Shown: positions 1-7,937, numbered from the stretch's first letter. The stretch is 38,040 bases of DNA from an uncultured bacterium (GCA_963725235.1 CAVRXN010000001.1:1-38040); one strand, 5' to 3'. The notes: generated by a model not told the origin, from the sequence alone. Numbers and translations: made by a program.

Positions 1-2
1 GG

Positions 3-179
3 AATAGGCAGATGACCTTAATGGTCGAGCAGTTGAGGGACACAGGCAGAATACGATTGAATGGCACGAAGGAGGATTGGACTGACTTCGCATCCCACTT
101 CGGAAACATCTATCGCGAGAAGATTCTTACCAAGGACACGCCGCACAAAGACGACAAGACGCTCTACGGACAGGAGTAG
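3..179 (+). CDS. 3' end of an unidentified gene entering from the left edge
   Basis: Frame 3 is open from the window edge to TAG 177-179. The translation ..NGTKEDWTDFASHFGNIYREKILTKDTPHKDDKTLYGQE looks protein-like. It is below the ORF-track length cut-off and no family is recognised. Confidence 0.3.
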   Translation, partial: NRQMTLMVEQLRDTGRIRLNGTKEDWTDFASHFGNIYREKILTKDTPHKDDKTLYGQE

Positions 180-393
180 TTGGAAAAGAAATTCCGAGGA
201 CCACTATTGTTTCGCGCTGTTGTACGCCATCGTAGGATTCCAAAGATATGAGGGGCAACAGGCGATAGTTTTCTCAACGAACAACGTTTGGACAGGAATA
301 CCGAAAGCGCCGATAGTCGAAGAGGGCGGGGTGATATTGATGTGGCCTCCCGACGGCATCAGCACGTTCGACAGCGTTTTCGAAGGACGGTAA
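61..393 (+). CDS. hypothetical protein, start unresolved
   Basis: Track ORF. Only the C-terminal part (..AIVFSTNNVWTGIPKAPIVEEGGVILMWPPDGISTFDSVFEGR) looks coding. The 5' third overlaps the better frame-3 reading that stops at 179, so the true start is probably downstream (for example TTG 220), or this is a shifted continuation of the previous gene. Confidence 0.25.
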   Translation: MARRRIGLTSHPTSETSIARRFLPRTRRTKTTRRSTDRSSWKRNSEDHYCFALLYAIVGFQRYEGQQAIVFSTNNVWTGIPKAPIVEEGGVILMWPPDGISTFDSVFEGR

Positions 394-526
394 CAGCCAT
401 CGCACTCTATTTTGCTTTTCGGATAAAAAGCATTACATTAAATGGCAAATGCGAGTCCCAGCAAAACTGCGCGACAACGCGCATTATTTCGGGCTGATTC
501 AACGCTCAATCGTGGAGTTATTTACG

Positions 527-832
527 ATGCCTGATCAGAAAATTATACTCAAGAAGTTAAAAACAAAATTGAGCACAGAATCCTATGAACTACTCACGAA
601 ATTTGGCGTGCTTCTTGCAACACGGAAGTGGATAAAGTCGGTTCAAGCCGATGCTTCAAATGCTACGGGCATAGCAGGCGATAGGAGCGTGTTCATTGCA
701 GCAACGCAATCTGCGCAAGAATGTGAAGCACAGATCACGCGCGTAGTAGAGGATATCAGACCTATCATTTTTTTGATCTTTGCCGCAGAGTTAACCACTT
801 CCCTAGCCCTAGTCGTAGTGAACATTCCTTGA
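527..832 (+). CDS. hypothetical protein (mobile-element early region)
   Basis: Track ORF 449-832 trimmed to ATG 527, which is preceded by GGAG. The C-terminus is hydrophobic. No family recognised. Confidence 0.4.
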   Translation: MPDQKIILKKLKTKLSTESYELLTKFGVLLATRKWIKSVQADASNATGIAGDRSVFIAATQSAQECEAQITRVVEDIRPIIFLIFAAELTTSLALVVVNIP

Positions 833-1089
833 GTCAATTATCGACACTCCATCGTACTTGGCGTTCAGAAGTCAGGCAAGCTGTTAGAAAGACGAAATAC
901 ATGAACAAGCAGGAGCAAGCAAGAGAGCTTATCAAAATCATCCTCGGCGATAAATTTGATGATGTCACCGATCTTATAAAAGACGAAGACAACGAAGTTG
1001 AACTGCTTGGTCACAGGGCAAGCGTACGCGCCATGGTCAATTTGGAAAAAGAGTTGGATATGAAGCGTTTAAAGATAGGACCGTACTAG
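829..1089 (+). CDS. hypothetical small protein (start may be ATG 901)
   Basis: Track ORF with a TTG start overlapping the previous stop. The charged helical sequence KQEQARELIKIILGDKFDDVTDLIKDEDNEVELLGHRASV looks protein-like. Confidence 0.4.
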   Translation: MSQLSTLHRTWRSEVRQAVRKTKYMNKQEQARELIKIILGDKFDDVTDLIKDEDNEVELLGHRASVRAMVNLEKELDMKRLKIGPY

Positions 1090-1098
1090 ATAGAAACG

Positions 1099-1236
1099 AT
1101 GGCAGACCATAGCGAAGGATTGCCACCCATCGTGACGGAAGACGAGGATTATCTCCATGTCGAAATTAACGGGAACGCGCAGCGGATATCACTCAAGGGA
1201 TTATTTCAGAGCGAAGATACCAACACTGACGCCTAA
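1099..1236 (+). CDS. small acidic ORF (45 aa)
   Basis: ATG 1099 to TAA 1234-1236 (MADHSEGLPPIVTEDEDYLHVEINGNAQRISLKGLFQSEDTNTDA), followed directly by a hairpin terminator. Below the track cut-off. Confidence 0.3.
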   Translation: MADHSEGLPPIVTEDEDYLHVEINGNAQRISLKGLFQSEDTNTDA

Positions 1237-1249
1237 GATATTCCGGAGC

Positions 1250-1280
1250 AAGGACATATTGGATAATGTCCTTATTGTTT
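1250..1280 (+). terminator. rho-independent terminator candidate
   Basis: 8-bp perfect stem AAGGACAT (1250-1257) / ATGTCCTT (1266-1273), 8-nt loop, then ATTGTTT. Confidence 0.5.
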
Positions 1281-1923
1281 ACATCATTAAAATTAGCGCA
1301 GGGCGGGAATAGAGAAAGCGTTCGATTTTCTGTTTAGATGTATAAAAAGAAGGCGGAGGCGAGAGGCGTTAGCTTCATAAAAATGAAAGCTGCCGACTTA
1401 GTAGGGACCAGAAAATTTCCCGTCCGGAGCGCTCGAGCAAGAAGGATGCGCGAGGCTCTCAAGCATTTTAAGATTGCTTTTGAAAGGTGATGATCCGCGT
1501 ATGATTTTACAATACCTTGCGAAGGGCGATCGGCCGGATGTTCCCATGATGCTTAATCGTCGGCTGCATCGGATTCTCCTGCATTCCTATAATATGGCAA
1601 TCGTCCGCCTAGAAGAGTCATCCAAACTATGAGTGAGGGTGACAAGAAATTCCGTAGAGATTTGAAGAGCCTTAAATATCGGGCCAAAAAATCGACCGAT
1701 GAGGCTCACCAACGGACGAACTGGACAAAGTTGCTTTCGATTGGACTCAAACGTATTTGGGCGGTAGAATTCAATCATCGTCGAGCACAGCGGGGATGGC
1801 CGTCAGCTCTAGTTTCGTATTCGCCATATTTTAATAAGGACCACTACAAGCCAAACAAGAGATCGAATCTCTACGTTTTGGCTCTTTGGCGGACAAGGTT
1901 TTAACGGCGTATTTGTCCGAAAA

Positions 1924-2067
1924 ATGAAAGATTGGTACAGCTCGAAAACCTACACCCAAGGCGGGAAACGCCTCGTGCGACAAGAAGACTTGGGAATGAA
2001 AGAATTCGAAGAGGATAAGCGTGGGCGCAACAGGCGAAATAGCGACGAAGAGGAGGAGGAAATCTGA
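1924..2067 (+). CDS. small ORF with acidic tail (47 aa)
   Basis: ATG 1924 to TGA 2065-2067 (MKDWYSSKTYTQGGKRLVRQEDLGMKEFEEDKRGRNRRNSDEEEEEI). A clean terminator lies 40 nt downstream. Confidence 0.35.
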   Translation: MKDWYSSKTYTQGGKRLVRQEDLGMKEFEEDKRGRNRRNSDEEEEEI

Positions 2068-2107
2068 AACTGCGACCGGACTCTGTTCCGACAATACAGG
2101 TTTTACC

Positions 2108-2129
2108 GGGGCTGTAACGCCCCTTTTTT
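2108..2129 (+). terminator. rho-independent terminator
   Basis: GGGGC (2108-2112), loop TGTAAC, GCCCC (2119-2123), then TTTTTT (2124-2129). Confidence 0.6.
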
Positions 2130-2225
2130 GGTTTTCCAAATATAAGGGGATGGGATACCGGTTCGGGAACGGATATCTCACCAACAATCATCCAGCGGTA
2201 ATCTCTTTCGCGCATCAGCCCATTT

Positions 2226-2272
2226 TTCGATAGGCGGGTCGTCGAAAGGCGAAAGAGAACCTACCTATCGAA
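2226..2272. promoter_or_regulatory. 9-bp perfect inverted repeat upstream of the rep-like gene
   Basis: TTCGATAGG (2226-2234) and CCTATCGAA (2264-2272) with a 29-nt spacer, 30 nt upstream of ATG 2303. Candidate operator or structured element. Confidence 0.4.
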
Positions 2273-2302
2273 TAGTGGGTTTTTAATTTCAAATAATCAG
2301 CC

Positions 2303-2834
2303 ATGATCCCAAACACGACACAGACGCCTAACATAATTTTCGACGAACTCGTGAAGCGGATGAAAGACGCGGAGTTAAAACTCGTGCTGGTTGTCGTTCG
2401 CGCGACGCTCGGTTGGATAGCCAACAAGAAGAGCGGCGCGAGGGAAGCTGAGGATTGGATTTCATCAAGCCAATTAAAGGAAAAAACCGGATTAGCATCC
2501 GCCGCGATCACGGAAGCGATTGACCGTTGCATCAGAAGAGGGATGGATAGAAGCGCGGAACAAGGACGGCGTTCTTCTCGATACGAAACAGAAACGACGG
2601 GGCAACAACCTCCACTTCCGACTCGGGAAATCCATACTACTCGACACCTCATTGGGGGGAGAACAAATCGTCGTGAAAGACATGAGAGATAGCGAACCTC
2701 TTCAGAAAGCGAAGACGTTATCGCTGTCGACATCTTCGGAAAGCGAAGTGCAACCTCTTCGAAAAGCGAAGACTACAAAAGAAACTCTTACAAAGAAAAG
2801 AATACCGCTGAAACGGGATTTCAGCGGTGCATGA
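2303..2834 (+). pseudogene. phage replication-organizer (lambda O / Phage_rep_O-like) winged-helix protein, one frame change near 2534
   Basis: The N-terminus TQTPNIIFDELVKRMKDAELKLVLVVVRATLGW..DWISSSQLKEKTGLASAAITEAIDRCI (track ORF 2303-) continues naturally as EEGWIEARNKDGVLLDTKQKRRGNNLHFRLGKS in track ORF 2520-2834. The literal frame after 2534 turns into an Arg/Thr-rich tail. Confidence 0.6.
2694..2773. repeat. three iteron-like direct repeats CTTC-RR-AAAGCGAAG inside the rep-like gene
   Basis: cttcagaaagcgaag (2699-2713), cttcggaaagcgaag (2734-2748) and cttcgaaaagcgaag (2757-2771). The first and third copies extend to (G/C)AACCTCTTC..AAAGCGAAGAC. Confidence 0.4.
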
Positions 2835-3073
2835 ATTTCTTCTTCAAAGAGGTCGAGCAGAGAAAAGGGTTCCGCCCCGCCCTCGACGGGGGCGATGGCA
2901 AGGCGTTGAAAGCCGCGCTCAAAGACCGCCCGCCCGACGAGGTGATGGAGATGATTGGGTTCTACCTCGATTCCGAGAAAGCGGATCGGTTCGGGATAAC
3001 ACTCAAGTCGGCCTTCAGCGTCCACAGCGTGAACCAGTGGCAGCAGAACGGGCATAAAAATAAATTTATCTAA
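2831..3073 (+). CDS. hypothetical protein (replication module)
   Basis: Track ORF. Its ATG overlaps the upstream TGA (ATGA). The sequence is soluble and protein-like (GFRPALDGGDGKALKAALKDRPPDEVMEMIGFYLDSEKADRFGITLKSAF). Confidence 0.5.
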   Translation: MNFFFKEVEQRKGFRPALDGGDGKALKAALKDRPPDEVMEMIGFYLDSEKADRFGITLKSAFSVHSVNQWQQNGHKNKFI

Positions 3074-3077
3074 CATC

Positions 3078-3957
3078 ATGGACTTATCACAAAAAATAAT
3101 TCGAAACGAGCAGGAGGCTGAAAGTTTGCGGGAGAGGACTGATTTTCTGAACGCCCTCGAACTCTACGACGGCGACGACAAGGTGATGCATTTTTCCGAT
3201 GTTATCGCCGAATTGCGGGAGAGGGAAACGGATCGGCCAGCCAAAAGGTGTATTCCAAAATTCCTACGCTCGACGCGATGACGGACGGGTTCCGACCCGG
3301 GCAACTCGTCATCCTTTCCGCGCCGACGGGAAACGGCAAGACGGCGTTCCTCCAATCCCTTACAAGAACGTTTTCGGAAGACAAAATCCCGTGTCTCTGG
3401 TTTTCGTACGAAGTGCCGACCTTGGAGCTTGCCGAGCGTTACGGTGACGACGTCCCTCAGTTCGAGATTCCGAGAAAAAACGTGATCTCAAGCTTCGAAT
3501 GGCTCAAACTCCGTTCGCTCGAAGGGATAGCGAAATTCAACACACGGGTCATTTTCATCGACCACCTGCATTACCTGCTCGACATGAAGATGCTCTCCGG
3601 CGCGAACACATCGCTCGTGATCGGCGGGCTGATGCGTGAGCTGAAAAAATTCGCCATCGAAACGGAAACGACCATATTCCTCGTTTCTCATCTGGCGAAA
3701 ACGAAAATCGATGAAGTCCCTTCCATCTCCGACTTGCGGGATTCTTCCTTCGTGGCGCAGGAGTCGGACATCGTGATGGTGATGTGGCGACACCGGGAGA
3801 AAGACAGGGAAAGCCCGGCTACCGCTTCACGGATGAATCGCGCCTCATCGTGGACAAGAACCGCTGGAACGGCAAGCTGGGCTACGTCAAGATGATTTTC
3901 CGTGACGGTCGATTCACGGAGATGGCAACCACTCCCGAAGGAGCTCCGGAACTCTAA
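3078..3957 (+). pseudogene. DnaB-like / RecA-fold replicative helicase, two frame changes (about 3244 and 3816)
   Basis: Walker A SAPTGNGKT, Walker B VIFIDHL, and FLVSHLAKTK..DLRDSSFVAQESDIVMVMWR. The N-terminal part (3078 frame, ..FSDVIAELRERETDRPAK) joins KVYSKIPTLDAMTDGFRPGQL if the A4 run at 3243-3246 were A5. After about 3816 the other register reads GYRFTDESRLIVDKNRWNGKLGYVKMIFRDGRFTEMATTPEGAPEL and stops at TAA 3955-3957, 2 nt before the next ATG. Confidence 0.65.
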
Positions 3958-3959
3958 CC

Positions 3960-4163
3960 ATGATGAACGACATCAAGGATAGTTTGGAATATCGGCGGGA
4001 ACTGTTGGCATGGGAAGCTTTATATTTCCGCCTCATGCGGCTCTTAGAAAACAAGACTGGCGAGCCGTGGGAAACGGAAAGGCAAAACGTCGAATTGTGG
4101 TGGGCGGGGATGCGAAAAACGCTCGCGCAACTTTATCACCAGCCGGAACGGCCGCAATCATGA
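3960..4163 (+). CDS. hypothetical protein
   Basis: Track ORF, tightly packed after the helicase. Helical sequence (DSLEYRRELLAWEALYFRLMRLLENKTGEPWETERQNVELWWAGMRKTLAQLY). Confidence 0.5.
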   Translation: MMNDIKDSLEYRRELLAWEALYFRLMRLLENKTGEPWETERQNVELWWAGMRKTLAQLYHQPERPQS

Positions 4164-4342
4164 AAAAACACCCATCGAATAAATATCAAGTTGAGGATTG
4201 TGTCTTGCACGAAAAGCGATGCTCAAAGACGGAGTGCGAGCTGTGCGGCATACATTACTGCGACGACGTTTTATTCCGACGACTGTCCCGGGATGAACAG
4301 CGACAAGCCTGGCATATATCATCCATTGAAGAAGGAAACTGA
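4160..4342 (+). CDS. small Cys-rich (zinc-binding-like) protein
   Basis: ATG 4160 overlaps the previous TGA (ATGA). MKKHPSNKYQVEDCVLHEKRCSKTECELCGIHYCDD.. carries 5 Cys in 22 residues. This is track ORF 4010-4342 trimmed. Confidence 0.45.
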   Translation: MKKHPSNKYQVEDCVLHEKRCSKTECELCGIHYCDDVLFRRLSRDEQRQAWHISSIEEGN

Positions 4343-4354
4343 CATCCAACTTCC

Positions 4355-4752
4355 ATGATTAACAAACTCGAAAACAAATGGGGTTCGCCCGACGCGTACC
4401 CGAACCTCCTCATCCGCAACATGAAGAGGCTTGGAATCGCCTCAGCCGAGTTGGTCTTCGTGGGATACCTGACTCCGGCGGTTTCTCGTGGGAAGGGAAT
4501 TGCGTCGTTGCGTCGTCGCTCAAGGAGATGCATCGGGCGACGGGCCTCGCGACCGGCACGATCCACAAGGCAAAAAGTGGATTGGTCAGAAAAGGACTGG
4601 TTCAAATTCTGAACACACGGAATAAGGAGAGGACGAATACCTACAACCTCCTCCCACTTAGAGAAAGATTGGCGGAATTTGCCGAATGGAAACTTCCAGC
4701 AACCCCCGAGCCAAAGGCCGACGAGGTAGAGATCTGTCACCCCAACGCATGA
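4355..4752 (+). pseudogene. second replication-organizer-like wHTH protein, frame change near 4465-4480
   Basis: MINKLENKWGSPDAYPNLLIRNMKRLGIASAELVFVGYL (frame of 4355) continues in the frame of 4378 as ..SGGFSWEGNCVVASSLKEMHRATGLATGTIHKAKSGLVRKGLVQILNTRNKERTNTYNLLPL. The overall pattern parallels the 2303 gene. Confidence 0.5.
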
Positions 4753-4869
4753 TCGCCACAAACTCAACAACCATAGGGCTTTTGAGGGGCAACCCGGCAT
4801 GGGCGCAACAGGGCTGGACTACCCCCGACACCTGCGGCTTGATTGACCTGTAGCGAAATTGAGAAAGAT

Positions 4870-5748
4870 ATGAAAATCAAGGAAACATTTGAAAATTACC
4901 TCGCCTATCGCAAGGGGATGGGCATGGACGAGAAGACGCTCGTGAGCGACACGAAGATGCTCTACGGCTCCTTTTCGCACTCCATCTCCGAGCGGGAGCT
5001 TTCGTCCCTCACGCTGACTGATATCGCCGACCTCATGGAAGCAGGCAGGAGCCACGGGGAATTCGGACCGCAGCGGTCGGTGTCGACGCTCCGGAAGCTT
5101 TTCAGATATCTCGATGACTCGGGGATTCCCACTCCATTCGACTGGCGCGACATCGAGGTGCCTCATGTCCCTCGGAAGCCCAATGAATATCTCACGCAAG
5201 ACGAACTGAACCGCGTCCTTGAATCATTCGATATTACGAAACTGCATGGCCTGCGCACTCGCGCCCTCTGCGAAGTCCTCTTCGCATCCGGCATGAGAAT
5301 CTCGGAAGCCCTCTCGCTCGACAAGAATGACATAAATTGGGAAACCCAAGAGGCGAGTGTCGTGAACGCGAAGAACGATGACGAGCAAATGGTGTTCTTT
5401 ACTGATCGGTCGCTCATGTGGCTCAGGAGATATCTTGACGCAAGGACTGATACCGAGCCGTATCTCTTCACGGCGGGCAAAGGCAGGATGCCGCCCGTGA
5501 CCGCGCGATTTTATCTGCGGGCGCATACGAAGCAATTAGGCATCAAAAAGCACATCAAGAACCATATCTTCAGAAAATCATTCGTCACGCATCTGATTGA
5601 AAAGGGAGCCGACCTCGCTATGGTGAGCGACGCGGCTCGGCACCGTGACGTGAAGACGACCCTCCGCTTTTATGCTGCGGTGAACAAAGAGAGGTCAAAG
5701 GATGTCCATCAGCGCGATCATGAACGAAACGCTCAGAAAAATCGGTGA
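4870..5748 (+). CDS. tyrosine recombinase / integrase (XerC/XerD-like), apparently intact
   Basis: N-terminal SAM-like domain plus catalytic domain with GMRISEA (Arg), HIFRKSFVTHL (His-x-x-Arg), ARHRDVKTTLRFY (His, Tyr). Start moved to ATG 4870 (MKIKE..) by analogy with the paralog, which starts MKIKD. Confidence 0.85.
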   Translation: MKIKETFENYLAYRKGMGMDEKTLVSDTKMLYGSFSHSISERELSSLTLTDIADLMEAGRSHGEFGPQRSVSTLRKLFRYLDDSGIPTPFDWRDIEVPHVPRKPNEYLTQDELNRVLESFDITKLHGLRTRALCEVLFASGMRISEALSLDKNDINWETQEASVVNAKNDDEQMVFFTDRSLMWLRRYLDARTDTEPYLFTAGKGRMPPVTARFYLRAHTKQLGIKKHIKNHIFRKSFVTHLIEKGADLAMVSDAARHRDVKTTLRFYAAVNKERSKDVHQRDHERNAQKNR

Positions 5749-5763
5749 ACAAAAAATACAGCC

Positions 5764-6645
5764 ATGAAAATAAAGGATTCATTCGAACCGTTCTTCCTCT
5801 GGCAGGAAAAGATGGGCATGACCCCGAAGACCATCAAAAACGACCGGTATTATCTGCGGACCATTGCCAATTCAATCCAAGACATCGAAGTCATGGATTT
5901 GAAGAAGACCGACATATCGAAGGTCATCGCGGCGGCGAGCAAATATCGGCAAGTACGGACCGCAACGGGGCGTCGTCATGATGCGGAAGCTCCTCCGGTA
6001 TCTGCAAGGAGTCCGGCCAGCCGATCCCGTTCCGCTGGCAGGATGTGAGGATTCCGAGCGTATCCCAAAAGAAGGTGGAGTACCTCACGGAGGACGAGCT
6101 CGAAGCGGGTGCTTGGAGCCATCGACCTCACGATCCCTTCGGGACTTCGCACGAGGGTCTTGCTTGAAGTCCTCTATGCGACCGGCATGAGGATCGGAGA
6201 GGCGATTGCAATGGACAAAAATGATATCGATTGGGCTAACAAGGAGGCCATCGTCGTGAACGTGAAGTCCAAGGAACCGCAGAAGGTCTTCTTCACCGAC
6301 CGGAGCATCCACTGGCTCAAGCGGTATCTTGCGGGCAGGGAAGATAAGAATCCGGCGCTCTTTGTTTCGGGTACGATCCGTCTCACGCGGAATGGCTCGC
6401 AGAACTGCATGCGGCGCCATCTCAGGGGCATCATGACATCCCTCGGCATCAAAAAGAAAATCACGCATCATATCTTCAGGAAGACTTTCGTGACACATCT
6501 CCTTCAAAGGAAAGCAGATATCATGGCCGTGAAGGACTTGGCGAGGCACCGGAGCGAACGGACGACCCTGCTCAATTACGCGGGCGTCGACAAGGAGCGG
6601 TCGAAGGCCATCCATCGGGACATCATGAACGACTTGCTCGGATGA
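5764..6645 (+). pseudogene. paralogous tyrosine recombinase broken by three frame changes (about 5946, 6008, 6108)
   Basis: Track ORFs 5764-, 5978- and 6109-6645 are pieces of one integrase. The segment between about 6009 and 6108 is read from the third register and is not in the track. Reconstructed: ..KYGPQRGVVMMRKLLRYLQ / ESGQPIPFRWQDVRIPSVSQKKVEYLTEDELEA / VLGAIDLTIPSGLRTRVLLEVLYATGMRIGEAI..HHIFRKTFVTHL..ARHRSERTTLLNY. It is collinear with the 4870 gene. Confidence 0.75.
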
Positions 6646-6652
6646 GGATATC

Positions 6653-6680
6653 TTGACACATCGTTGCGGCCTGCTAGACT
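6653..6680 (+). promoter_or_regulatory. sigma70-like promoter candidate
   Basis: TTGACA (6653-6658), 16-nt spacer, TAGACT (6675-6680), just after the integrase stop. Confidence 0.4.
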
Positions 6681-6814
6681 GGACTCACAACCGAATATAT
6701 CAAGAGCGTGGAGATGCTAAGGGATTTGGCCCGATGCTCCACCCGCAACCAGCTGACTCATCGGCACGGTGCGAAATCCAACCCTTCATTGGGGTAGATA
6801 TCAAGTTTCCATAT

Positions 6815-6843
6815 CGACCGCTCTGAAGGCGGTTGTTTTTGTT
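6815..6843 (+). terminator. rho-independent terminator
   Basis: CGACCGC (6815-6821), loop TCTGAAG, GCGGTTG (6829-6835), then TTTTTGTT. Confidence 0.6.
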
Positions 6844-6872
6844 CTTTGACAAAATATGAAAGGAGATGGAAT

Positions 6873-7436
6873 ATGAAAAAACCTTTGTCCGTCCTCGACA
6901 ACGTATGGGCATTCGTTGGCGCAACATGCAAAGAAGAAAAGGAGTACTCGTTTGCAAGGGAAGAAGTTTTCGCAAAACTTGAAGCGTGCGCCGAGATTCT
7001 CCTTCGGTCACGTCTGCCCAGAAGCTGGGTGATTTCTCATCTGCCCGAGCTAAGGAGATTAGGCTTCGCCGCGCAATACACTGGAACCTACCGGGTGCTT
7101 TTCGGCCTTTACGACAAACTCACAGAAAAATATAACATCGTTTTCGAAGAGCGGTATTGCCGAGCGGCGCAGGCATTCATTGCGAGCGTGCCACGATACG
7201 AAAAGGAAGATCCGAATGCTTTGAGTTATAAGATCCACATAGCATCGTACTCTACCGATGATTTTTCGTTGGGAACTGTTGCCAGGGAAAAAATGAGGGA
7301 TATTGAATTGTTTCGCGATCTGGAAGCCGCGGGATATAATCCCGTGGGAGAGGTGTTTGATAAGGGTTCGCTATTTGGAAAATCCCGCTACCTTCGGATT
7401 TACGCCCGTTGGGCAAAAAAACGAAAAAGTAGATAG
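6873..7436 (+). CDS. hypothetical protein
   Basis: Track ORF 6846-7436 trimmed to ATG 6873, preceded by AAAGGAG. Soluble protein, no family recognised. A terminator follows. Confidence 0.6.
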   Translation: MKKPLSVLDNVWAFVGATCKEEKEYSFAREEVFAKLEACAEILLRSRLPRSWVISHLPELRRLGFAAQYTGTYRVLFGLYDKLTEKYNIVFEERYCRAAQAFIASVPRYEKEDPNALSYKIHIASYSTDDFSLGTVAREKMRDIELFRDLEAAGYNPVGEVFDKGSLFGKSRYLRIYARWAKKRKSR

Positions 7437-7446
7437 CGGTAGATTC

Positions 7447-7477
7447 AGGGAGACTAACTATAGCCTCCCTTTTTATT
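7447..7477 (+). terminator. rho-independent terminator
   Basis: AGGGAG (7447-7452), 12-nt loop, CTCCCT (7465-7470), then TTTTATT. Confidence 0.6.
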
Positions 7478-7615
7478 AGCCTTGGCAAGCAGGCGTGGAA
7501 TCACAGTGAGCAGTGGATCAATTGGGATGAGGGTGCCTTGTAAGGGCATTTTGGGGGCTGTGTACGTCCCCCTCGATGGGAACGACAAGATCGAGAAAGG
7601 TGAAATTGTAGGGGC

Positions 7616-7644
7616 TTGCGTTGTTTTGAGAAAAAAGCTATAAT
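7616..7644 (+). promoter_or_regulatory. sigma70-like promoter candidate
   Basis: TTGCGT (7616-7621), 17-nt spacer, TATAAT (7639-7644). Confidence 0.5.
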
Positions 7645-7649
7645 ATCAA

Positions 7650-7798
7650 ATATAAATTAATATGAGTCCTAACCTGCGCAAGCAGCAGGGACGTGTAAAT
7701 TCGCTTCTACGTAAAAAGCCCCTCGTCAGGGCTACGTAGAAGCGTCACATCTCGAAAGGGGTGTGGGTCGAAAGGCAACCTGATTGGGGGCTTTTTGT
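7650..7798 (+). ncRNA. candidate structured RNA / 5' leader upstream of the glycan locus
   Basis: Three GNRA-capped hairpins downstream of the promoter. (a) GUCC-UAAC-CUGC[GCAA]GCAG-CAG-GGAC. (b) GCUUCUACGU..AGCCC[CUCGUCA]GGGCU-ACGUAGAAGC. (c) CACAUCUC[GAAA]GGGGUGUG. AAAAAGCCCC inside hairpin (b) is also complementary to GGGGGCUUUUU at 7782-7792, which allows mutually exclusive folds. No known class recognised. Confidence 0.35.
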
Positions 7799-7924
7799 AT
7801 GAGTAAAATAACAAGCTGGTTTCTCGTTAAAATAGGATGGCGTTGCCCCGAATGCGGCGGTACTCTTTTTACGTGGTCATATGGGAAGCGAAAGTGCAAT
7901 CGGGACGGGCGGAAAAGGGTGTAA
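7799..7924 (+). CDS. small zinc-ribbon-like ORF (41 aa)
   Basis: ATG 7799 to TAA 7922-7924: MSKITSWFLVKIGWRCPECGGTLFTWSYGKRKCNRDGRKRV, with CPEC plus one distal Cys. Below the track cut-off. Confidence 0.3.
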   Translation: MSKITSWFLVKIGWRCPECGGTLFTWSYGKRKCNRDGRKRV

Positions 7925-7937
7925 GGCATAAAATCTA

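Noticed and set aside
6846-6875. TTGACA at 6846-6851 as a promoter for the 6873 gene
   Set aside because: The matching -10 position would overlap the start codon itself. The hexamer is more likely coincidental.
7522-7641. 39-codon ORF (MRVPCKGILGAVYVPLDGNDKIEKGEIVGACVVLRKKL)
   Set aside because: It has no ribosome-binding site and runs through the promoter that follows it, so there is no supporting context.
7664-7692. Possible SRP (4.5S) RNA domain IV, because of CCUGC[GCAA]GCAGCAGG with an internal loop
   Set aside because: The highly conserved SRP core (AGGUCC-GGAA-GGAAGCAGC, with its symmetric and asymmetric loops) is not reproduced. Only the AGCAGC string matches.
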